Shown here: positions 41,526 to 49,584 of the stretch, one piece after another
Layout of the letters: each line of letters opens with the position of its first letter
Position numbering within the stretch: the stretch's first letter is position 1
Assembly (NCBI GenBank): GCA_963790475.1
Contig: CAWBOS010000015.1
Coordinates: 352,001 to 416,000, forward strand
From: an uncultured delta proteobacterium
GTDB lineage: Bacteria; Desulfobacterota; RBG-13-43-22
Length of the DNA stretch: 64,000 bases
Direction: 5' to 3'
Made by a program: the position numbers and the translations under genes
The notes under the pieces: generated by a model
Seen by the model: only the letters and a program-made list of their open reading frames with translations
What the model was told of the DNA's origin: nothing
Databases searched by the model: none

Positions 41526-41555
41526 CCGGGGAGCCTTATTGCTGAAGCTCCCCGG
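41526..41555 (+). other. Intercistronic hairpin after the binding-protein gene
   Basis: CCGGGGAGC / GCTCCCCGG 9-bp stem with no U-tract on the + strand; typical of an mRNA-stabilising element. Confidence 0.5.
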
Positions 41556-41567
41556 AAAAAGAAGGAT

Positions 41568-42518
41568 ATGGCTGATTCCACTGCCTACAAATCGATAATG
41601 GGCCAGGAAACCGGGGAGGGTGAATCCCTGTTCACCAAAATCCTGGAAACCTTTGATCGGAATATCCGGTTTCTTTTTCCCCTGCCGGCCCTGATCATCG
41701 CCCTGGCGCTTTTTGTTTATCCCCTTTTTGAGTTGTTTTATCTCAGCCTGACCCGCTGGAGTCTTATCTCCCAGGAACCGAGGACCTTTATCGGCCTGGC
41801 CAATTTCGCCCGCGCCTTTTTTGAAGACGACCATTTCTGGAAGGCGGTCTGGCTGATGCTCTATTTTGCCCTGGCGGGTCTGTCCGGTCAGTTTATCCTC
41901 GGTTTCGCCCTGGCCATGCTGCTGAACAGGGAGTTCAGAGGCGAATCGGTGGTTAGAATGCTTCTCCTGTTCCCCATCATCGCAACACCGGTGGCTATGT
42001 CCATGGTCTGGTCCATGATGCTTAATCCCATGATGGGCATCATGAATTACTTGCTTTCCTTGGTCGGCCTGCCGCCAAGCGATTGGGTCTCGAGCCCGAC
42101 CGCGGTTATGCCCACCCTGATTATGGTCGATATCTGGCACTGGGCTCCATTTATGATGTTGGTCCTTTTGGCCGGACTGAAAAACCTGCCCAAGGACCCC
42201 TACGAAGCGGCCATGATCGACGGCGCTTCTCGGGTTCAAGTCTTTTTCAAGATCACCCTGCCGCTGATGCAACCCTATATTGTTTTGGTGGTCATCCTCC
42301 GTTTGATCCAAAACCTCAAAGTATTTGATGAGATATTCGTCATTTCCGGAGGCGGGCCCATGAGGGCCTCGGAGACCCTGAATCTGATGATCTATCACCA
42401 GGCCTTCACCGCTATGAACTACGGCTACGGCTGCGCCCTGGGCCTATTCCTGCTTCTGGTCATCCTGGCCATCAGCCTGGCAGTTTTCAGATATCGGGAA
42501 AGGAGTTGGAGCTATTGA
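41568..42518 (+). CDS. CUT1 ABC permease
   Basis: YEAAMIDGAS EAA motif; FIGLANF. Confidence 0.94.
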   Translation: MADSTAYKSIMGQETGEGESLFTKILETFDRNIRFLFPLPALIIALALFVYPLFELFYLSLTRWSLISQEPRTFIGLANFARAFFEDDHFWKAVWLMLYFALAGLSGQFILGFALAMLLNREFRGESVVRMLLLFPIIATPVAMSMVWSMMLNPMMGIMNYLLSLVGLPPSDWVSSPTAVMPTLIMVDIWHWAPFMMLVLLAGLKNLPKDPYEAAMIDGASRVQVFFKITLPLMQPYIVLVVILRLIQNLKVFDEIFVISGGGPMRASETLNLMIYHQAFTAMNYGYGCALGLFLLLVILAISLAVFRYRERSWSY

Positions 42519-43342
42519 TGAGCTTATTTCTACTAAAAAAAATTACTGCCAAAACGTTTTTTTGGATAGCCTGTCTCCTGTCCATATTGTTTTTTATTTT
42601 TCCTTTTTTGTGGGTGGTGATGATGTCTCTGAAGGACCCCGGGGCGGCCCAATCCATGCCCCCCAAGCTTATTTTTTCCCCCACCTTCGATAACTACAAG
42701 CAGGTATTTGCTGCCGGAGACTTCATAAACGCATTCAAAAACAGCACCATCGTCGTCCTGTTTACCCTGGCGGCCAACCTGATCGTATCGCTGCCGGCCG
42801 CCTACATTATCGCCCGGGGGAAGCAGAAATGGCTTTCCTTTACCATCCTTTTCACTCAGATGGCCCCCTGGATCGTCTTTCTGCTGCCCTGGTATATCAT
42901 CTTCAAACGCCTGGGGCTTTACGACACCTATATCGGGCTGGTCCTTTCCAACCTGACCTATCTGGTCCCTTTTACGGTCTGGCTGATGCTCGGTTTTTTC
43001 GAGGACGTGCCTAAGGAAATCGAGGAGGCGGCCTGGCTGGACGGTTGTACCCGCACCGGTGCCTTTATCCGTATGGTCATCCCCCTGGTTAAAGGCGGAG
43101 TCATCACCGTCAGCACTCTGGCCTTTTTGTTTACCTGGAATATCTTTATCTTTCCCCTGGTCCTCTCGGGCTATCGTTCCAAGACCCTCCCGGTGACCGT
43201 CTATAACTTCCTGAACGACAACAGTCTGGATTTCGGTCCTTTGTCCGCTGCCGCGGTGTTGATCACCCTTCCGGTCATCCTGTTTATTCTTATTAACCAG
43301 AAATATTTTTCCCGAGGTATAGCCCTGGGAGGCAGGAAGTAG
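42518..43342 (+). CDS. CUT1 ABC permease
   Basis: IEEAAWLDGC EAA motif; TGATG overlap with the previous gene. Confidence 0.94.
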   Translation: MSLFLLKKITAKTFFWIACLLSILFFIFPFLWVVMMSLKDPGAAQSMPPKLIFSPTFDNYKQVFAAGDFINAFKNSTIVVLFTLAANLIVSLPAAYIIARGKQKWLSFTILFTQMAPWIVFLLPWYIIFKRLGLYDTYIGLVLSNLTYLVPFTVWLMLGFFEDVPKEIEEAAWLDGCTRTGAFIRMVIPLVKGGVITVSTLAFLFTWNIFIFPLVLSGYRSKTLPVTVYNFLNDNSLDFGPLSAAAVLITLPVILFILINQKYFSRGIALGGRK

Positions 43343-43351
43343 GTTTAGCCC

Positions 43352-44455
43352 ATGTCTGAAGTGAAAATAAAAAACGTCAGTAAACTGTTTGGCGAATTCG
43401 AAGCGGTAAAGGACTTCTCGCTCGATATCCAAGACGGTGAATTCATAATCCTGGTTGGTCCCTCGGGGTGCGGCAAAACAACGATTCTAAGAAGCATAGC
43501 CGGTCTGGAGACCATCACCTCGGGCGAGATTTTCATCGATGGCCGACCGGTGAGCAAGGTGGCCCCCAAAAAACGGGACATCGCCATGGTCTTCCAGAAT
43601 TACGCCTTGTATCCCCACATGAACGTCCGGAACAACATGGCCTTTTCCCTGAAGCTGAGAAAGATCCCCAAAAGGGAAATCAATGAGATCGTGGAACACA
43701 CCGCGGATTTGTTGGGGATGCGGCCATTGCTGGACCGGAAGCCGAATGAGCTTTCCGGCGGCCAGCGTCAGAGGGTGGCCCTGGGCCGGGCTATTGTCCG
43801 CAACCCCAAGGTGTTCCTGTTTGACGAACCCCTCTCCAACCTGGACGCCAAACTCAGGATCAGCATGAGGGCCGAGTTGCTTGGTCTACACCAGAGGCTT
43901 AAGACCACCACTATCTATGTGACCCATGACCAACTGGAAGCCATGACCATGGGGGACCGGATCGTGGTCATGAACAACGGGGTCATCCAGCAGGTGGATC
44001 CGCCCCAGAAGGTTTACGATCATCCGGCGAATAAATATGTGGCCGGGTTCATCGGTTCTCCGGCCATGAATTTTGTTGATTGTCAAATCAGCCTGGATAA
44101 CGGTGAATTATATGCCGTGTCTCCAGGCCTGAAACTAAAGATCCCGGCCGACAAGACCGAACGAATTAAAGAACGGGTGGGTCAGGAGGTCTCCCTGGGC
44201 CTGAGACCGGAACACATTATTCACAGGGACCTGGTGGATCAATATGATCCCGAGCTCTCCTTCAAAGGATCGGTCTGGGTCATCGAACCCCTGGGCTCGG
44301 AAAAGCTGGTTTATATCCGTCCGGAAAGCCAGGATACACTGATCGCCCGCGTCGATCCCCGTGTCAATATAAAACTTGGAGACGTAGCCGATTTTACCGT
44401 CCGGATGAACCTGGCCCATATGTTTGAAAAAGATGACGGCCGGATTATTTTCTGA
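43352..44455 (+). CDS. ABC ATPase (MalK/UgpC family)
   Basis: GPSGCGKT, FQNYALYPH, LSGGQRQR, DEPLSNLD, FIGSP. Confidence 0.96.
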   Translation: MSEVKIKNVSKLFGEFEAVKDFSLDIQDGEFIILVGPSGCGKTTILRSIAGLETITSGEIFIDGRPVSKVAPKKRDIAMVFQNYALYPHMNVRNNMAFSLKLRKIPKREINEIVEHTADLLGMRPLLDRKPNELSGGQRQRVALGRAIVRNPKVFLFDEPLSNLDAKLRISMRAELLGLHQRLKTTTIYVTHDQLEAMTMGDRIVVMNNGVIQQVDPPQKVYDHPANKYVAGFIGSPAMNFVDCQISLDNGELYAVSPGLKLKIPADKTERIKERVGQEVSLGLRPEHIIHRDLVDQYDPELSFKGSVWVIEPLGSEKLVYIRPESQDTLIARVDPRVNIKLGDVADFTVRMNLAHMFEKDDGRIIF

Positions 44456-44544
44456 TCGCAATTTGCATCATCAGAATAACAGCATCTTGAGAGTAGCATA
44501 AACATGAGACCTTTGAAAAATTGGGTCTTGAAGGAAGGCTGGTT

Positions 44545-45456
44545 ATGAACGAGAAAGTTCAACAATTTTTAACCGACTTATTTCTAACCAACGAATTGAA
44601 TCGGCTGCCCGAACAGTTTGGGGGTGATCGGATATTTGATCCTCCCCTGATCGGCGTTTCCCGGGGAGATGACCCCATCTTCAACAAGTTTAAAGAGGTG
44701 GTGGCCCCGGAACATCTGACCCCTCTTGAGATGTGGACCTCCGACGGACTGAGGAGACCGGAGGACACGGCCGACCGTCTGCGTATTCTCTCGATCATCT
44801 TTCCTTACGTGAAGCGAATACGGGATGAGAGCAGGAAGGCCACGACCATGCCCGCCGACATCTATTGCCTGGGACGAAATTATGCCAATGAATTCATGAA
44901 GGATGTTCTGCGCAAAACCATGGCCTTCTTTCGAGACCAGGGATTCAGGGCCACCGCCGGAATGCTCAGCCCGGCCTTTCGCCTCCGACTGCAGGAAAAG
45001 CCTCCGCAATTTTACTCCCTCTGGTCCGAACGTCATATGGCCTTTGCCGCCGGTTTGGGCACTTTTAGTCTCCATGAGGGGCTGATCACCGAGGCCGGTT
45101 GTAATATCCGGGTTACCTCGGTGATTACTGATGCCCCCCTGACCGTAACACCCCGAAGGAGTGACGAACCTTATGCCAATTGCCTCTATTATGCAAAGGG
45201 GGAATGCCGTGAGTGCGAGAAGCGCTGTCCCGGAGAAGCCATCACGGCCGAAGGGCATGACAAGCTCAAATGCAGACAATACGGGGTGAAAGTATCTAAA
45301 GAGATGAACAAGAAGTTCGGTCCCTTGCTGAAACCTCATGAACGCAATGTCGAAGGTACGGTTATTGTATCTCACCCGGTGGGCTGCGCCTTCTGTCAGT
45401 TCAAGGTTCCCTGCATGGACAGAAACCCCATGGCCAAGGCGCAGAAGACGTCATGA
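44545..45456 (+). CDS. QueG/reductive-dehalogenase-like Fe-S protein
   Basis: WSERHMAFAAGLGTF, CRECEKRCP, CAFCQFKVPC. Confidence 0.8.
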   Translation: MNEKVQQFLTDLFLTNELNRLPEQFGGDRIFDPPLIGVSRGDDPIFNKFKEVVAPEHLTPLEMWTSDGLRRPEDTADRLRILSIIFPYVKRIRDESRKATTMPADIYCLGRNYANEFMKDVLRKTMAFFRDQGFRATAGMLSPAFRLRLQEKPPQFYSLWSERHMAFAAGLGTFSLHEGLITEAGCNIRVTSVITDAPLTVTPRRSDEPYANCLYYAKGECRECEKRCPGEAITAEGHDKLKCRQYGVKVSKEMNKKFGPLLKPHERNVEGTVIVSHPVGCAFCQFKVPCMDRNPMAKAQKTS

Positions 45457-45633
45457 TATTTTCACTCGGGTCTTCCTTTTATTTAATGCAAAAATAGGAT
45501 TCCAGGACCCAATGGTCGAAAAAGCTGGTATGAGGTGTAGGGTATAAGGTTTTCCTTTTTTTGAACCGCGGACCTTAGACCTTGGACCTTCAATCCCTTG
45601 ATCCCTTTTTGAATTAAACGGATAGGAGAAGCT

Positions 45634-46830
45634 ATGTCCAAACCCCCCTTAGACGGTATTGCAGTCATTGATTTCGCCACCATATTGGCCGCCCCCGTAG
45701 CCGCAACGTTTTTGGGTGATTTCGGGGCTTATGTGATCAAGGTGGAGCAACCCCAGGTCGGTGATCCCACGAGGGGACTGCCGTTTATCGAAGATGGAAG
45801 ATCTCCCGGATGGCTTAACGAAGGCCGCAATAAAAAAACCATGACCCTGAACCTGAAGATGCCCGAGGGTGTAACACTGGCCCATAAACTGGCGGAAAAG
45901 GCCGATGTGGTCCTCCTGAATTTTCGGCCCGGAAAGGCCGAGGCCTTGGGAATCGGTCCCGAAGACTTCCACCGAACCAACCCGAATCTGATAATCTCCC
46001 TGGTGTCGGCCTATGGGCAAACCGGAACCTACCGTGCCAAAGGGGGATTCGACCGCACAGCCAGTGCCTTCGCCGGAATGACTTATGTCACCGGCTACCC
46101 GGAACAGCCTCCGGTCCGTTCCGGTTACGCCATGGTCGATTACATGACCGCCTATTTGAATGCCTTCGGGATCATGATGGCCCTCTATAACCGAGAAGTG
46201 AACAACAGCGGCGGGGAGGTGATTGATGTCAGCCTGGCTGAAGCCGCCTTCCGATCTTCTGAGTCTGCTCTTACGGATTATAGTCTGACCGGAAAAATAA
46301 GGGAACGTTCCGGCAATCGTAACGCCGGATTTGTACCGGCAGAAGATTTTGAAACGCGGGATGGAAAGATCCTGGTGATCAATGCCGGCACGGACCCCCT
46401 TTTTGAAAAGCTGGTCCAGGTTATGGGTAAACCGGAGCTCCTTCAGGACCCCCTTTTTTCAACACGCTTCGCCAGAATTGTGAATCAGAAAAAACTTTAT
46501 GGAATCATCGCCGAATGGGTAAAGGGGATAACGGCCGTTGAGGGGCTTAATCTTCTTGATGAGGCGGGGGTTCCGGCGGACCTGGTGCGGAATATCGCTG
46601 AACTGGCTCAGGACCCCCACATGCTGGAGCGGGAGGCGGTCCTGGCCTTCCAGGACCCGGAAAAAGGAAAAGTGCTGATCCCGGGAATTTTTCCCAAGCT
46701 GGCCAAGTCACCGGGACGGGTGGAATTTCTCGGCGCCCGGCTGGGTGAACACAACCGGGAAATTTATAGCGATTTTTTAGGGCTTTCTGCGGAAGAGATC
46801 GATGCCCTGGAAGAAAAAAATGTGATTTGA
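45634..46830 (+). CDS. Family III CoA-transferase (CaiB/BaiF)
   Basis: LAAP..LGDFGAYVIKVE, RNKK, NFRPG, LGEHN. Confidence 0.94.
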   Translation: MSKPPLDGIAVIDFATILAAPVAATFLGDFGAYVIKVEQPQVGDPTRGLPFIEDGRSPGWLNEGRNKKTMTLNLKMPEGVTLAHKLAEKADVVLLNFRPGKAEALGIGPEDFHRTNPNLIISLVSAYGQTGTYRAKGGFDRTASAFAGMTYVTGYPEQPPVRSGYAMVDYMTAYLNAFGIMMALYNREVNNSGGEVIDVSLAEAAFRSSESALTDYSLTGKIRERSGNRNAGFVPAEDFETRDGKILVINAGTDPLFEKLVQVMGKPELLQDPLFSTRFARIVNQKKLYGIIAEWVKGITAVEGLNLLDEAGVPADLVRNIAELAQDPHMLEREAVLAFQDPEKGKVLIPGIFPKLAKSPGRVEFLGARLGEHNREIYSDFLGLSAEEIDALEEKNVI

Positions 46831-46849
46831 AAACGATGGAGAATTTTGG

Positions 46850-47872
46850 TTAGACTTCAGAAAGTCCAAATCCCGGACCTTCCGGCAAAAGGACCTGACC
46901 CTCGATTATCTTCAGCGGTTTAAAATTGGCCGGGAATGAAATACCCTCCGGCAACAACGGGACTTCCATCCAGTCCATATTATGCTGCGACAAGGCCCAA
47001 TGAACATTGGCATAGGCGCCCGGACCGATCCTGAAAGAATGAGGGCAAACCGGGAGGTTATAAAGCTCGGCCAGGACCGAGATCTTCCTGGCCATGGTCA
47101 TCCCTCCTATCTTGGTGATTTCCGGTTGGACAAAATCGATCGCCCCACATTTCATCAAACGATCAAAGGCCTTTAGGGTATATTCGTTTTCACCGGAGGC
47201 AAAAGGCAATTTCACCCGCCGGCGCACCCTGGCCATGGCTTCTTGGTCTTGCATGGGCCAGAGAGGTTCTTCCAGCCAGAGAATGTTCCAATCCTCCAGG
47301 CGGCGGGCATTCTCCTCCGCCTCCAAAACACTCCACTGCCCATTGACATCGAGCATAATCGGATAATCGTCCCCTGCGGTATCCCGGGCAGCGGCAACCA
47401 GAGAAAGGTCCACCTCATGAAGTTTGATGCCGGCGAATCCTAAATCGATAGCTCGCTTAACTTCCCGGAGAAGCGGTTTTTGATTGTGAAAAGGCGGAAA
47501 ACTGGCGTAGGCTTTTATTCTATCTCGAACCACTCCCCCCAATAGCTGGACCACCGGACTGTTCAAGCGTTTACCCATGAGGTCCCACAAGGCCAGGTCA
47601 AGACCGCTGAGGCCGCACAAGATCACCCCTTCAGTACCGTAGCGATAGGCGTAACGGTGCATCTTGTTCCAAAGGAATTCGATCCGGGAACTGTCCTCAT
47701 TTAACAGAAGTGGCGCCAGAACATCCTCTATCGCGCTTTGAACAGGTTTTATGGGAAGCCCATACCAGGATTCCCCTATCCCGGTCAATCCTTCGTCGGT
47801 AACGATCCTGACCAATAACTGAGATAACCGGTCAGCCTCATAAGGTACGGTTTCTATCTTCACTATTTTCAT
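46850..47872 (-). CDS. Mandelate racemase/muconate lactonising enzyme family (enolase superfamily)
   Basis: GIGES, DLALWDL, MLDVN, WLEEP, SGENE, CPH, PGFG. Confidence 0.92.
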   Translation of the reverse strand: MKIVKIETVPYEADRLSQLLVRIVTDEGLTGIGESWYGLPIKPVQSAIEDVLAPLLLNEDSSRIEFLWNKMHRYAYRYGTEGVILCGLSGLDLALWDLMGKRLNSPVVQLLGGVVRDRIKAYASFPPFHNQKPLLREVKRAIDLGFAGIKLHEVDLSLVAAARDTAGDDYPIMLDVNGQWSVLEAEENARRLEDWNILWLEEPLWPMQDQEAMARVRRRVKLPFASGENEYTLKAFDRLMKCGAIDFVQPEITKIGGMTMARKISVLAELYNLPVCPHSFRIGPGAYANVHWALSQHNMDWMEVPLLPEGISFPANFKPLKIIEGQVLLPEGPGFGLSEV

Positions 47873-48223
47873 AATTCACCTAATTTCATTCTTTTTGGTT
47901 TTTACTTTACCGCCCCTATTTCTGGAATATCGGGATTATATTTGCAAGCCTAAGGAATAAATTTAAATCGAGATGGTCCTGCGCCAAATGGAATCAAAAA
48001 AGATTTCAATAAAACGAGTTTACACCATCGCATGGGACATCAACAAGAGGATAATATTTTATGTTCTTAAAATAATTTTCGGATAGGGGTGAATAACGGC
48101 AATAGTCTTCGGTAAGAAATTATTATCACACATTTTAACCCCCTTATTAGGTGATTGTAAAAAACGGATTCGATCCGTATAATTGTTCACAAATTTTAAG
48201 AAATCCAATCTAGGAAAAGGACC

Positions 48224-49486
48224 ATGGACGATCTATCCAGACGTCATTTTCTAAACTTAGGGATAGCCTCGGGTATTCTGGCTTTGGGATTTCCTGCCGG
48301 CAGTTGCCTGGGGTTGGACAATTCTTCGTTAAAGCAAAAACAGGAGATATCCCCAACCACCAATCAAAAGAAAAAGTCAGGGGAAAAAATTAATCCTGCG
48401 AAGATAAATGAGCTTACTCTTTTGTTTGAGAAGATGATCAAAGACGGTCTTCATCCCGGTGCCCAGTTATTCGTCTATCACCGGGGTGAACCGATGATTG
48501 AATTGGCCGGGGGCCTGGACTCACCTTCCGGGCGGCCGGTGACCACCCAAACCCTTTACCAGATACGCTCAACGACCAAGGCCCTGGCCACAATCGCCAT
48601 GCTCATGCTTTATGAAAAGCATCGCTTTGCCTTCGAAGACCCGGTGGCCAAACATTGGCCCGAATTCGGAACCAAGGGGAAACAATCCATTACCATCGCT
48701 CAGGTTATGAGCCATAGTGCGGGAATCCCGGACGGCCCCCTGATCCCGCCTGATAAAATGGAGGACCGTGGCGCTGTCGCCGAGGCAGTTGAGGCCATGG
48801 AACCGATCTGGACACCCGGAACAGCCAACGGATACCACTCGGCTACTTTCGGATGGATCCTGGATGAGCTTGTTCATCGCTGGGAGGGGCGAAACATAAG
48901 CCGGTTTATGGACGAGGAGGTCATAAAAACGCTTGGTCTGAAGAATATCTTTATCGGACTGCCGCCCCGCGAATTTCCAAGGATGGCCAGGATGTTCGTT
49001 CAGGAAGGCGTTCGTGAACGGCAGGATACCCGGGCCCGTTTCAGCGATTTTCTGAATACACCAGCGGGCATGAGCCTGCCTCTGGCCTGGGTGGGAGGGG
49101 TGGCTAATGCCAGGGACCTGGCCTGCTTGATGAATATCCTGGCCTATGAGGGAACTTTCGCTTCCACCACATTCTTCAGTAAACAGACCCAGGAGAAAGC
49201 CACCCGGCCCCTTAATCAACAGGACACGATCGACCGTCGCCTGCAACTTCCCATCCGCTGGGGACTGGGCTTCATGTTGGGATCGACCCCCCGCATTTAT
49301 GGAGATCGCCTAAACCCGCGTGTAGTGGGACACGCCGGAGGCAGTGCCTGCATCGCCTGGGCGGACCCGGACGAAAAGCTATCCGTGGCCTTCCTGACCA
49401 ACCAGATGACGGACATGAATACCGCCTGGGAACGTTTCCGGCTTATAGGAAATAAAGTATATGAGTGTCTGGAAACTCAAGGATAG
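48224..49486 (+). CDS. Tat-exported serine hydrolase, beta-lactamase/family VIII esterase
   Basis: SRRHFL Tat motif; STTK (SxxK), MSHSAG, YHS, GHAG. Confidence 0.9.
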   Translation: MDDLSRRHFLNLGIASGILALGFPAGSCLGLDNSSLKQKQEISPTTNQKKKSGEKINPAKINELTLLFEKMIKDGLHPGAQLFVYHRGEPMIELAGGLDSPSGRPVTTQTLYQIRSTTKALATIAMLMLYEKHRFAFEDPVAKHWPEFGTKGKQSITIAQVMSHSAGIPDGPLIPPDKMEDRGAVAEAVEAMEPIWTPGTANGYHSATFGWILDELVHRWEGRNISRFMDEEVIKTLGLKNIFIGLPPREFPRMARMFVQEGVRERQDTRARFSDFLNTPAGMSLPLAWVGGVANARDLACLMNILAYEGTFASTTFFSKQTQEKATRPLNQQDTIDRRLQLPIRWGLGFMLGSTPRIYGDRLNPRVVGHAGGSACIAWADPDEKLSVAFLTNQMTDMNTAWERFRLIGNKVYECLETQG

Positions 49487-49584
49487 AAAAAAGAAAAAAA
49501 TATTGAAAAGTCACTATTTTTTTCTCCCTTCGGTCCCCCATTCAGCCTGTTGAGAATTGGCCCTGCTTATGAATAATTTTGCAA

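Noticed and set aside
41436-43432. Long minus-strand ORFs of 320 and 299 aa
   Set aside because: Shadows of the ABC permease genes.
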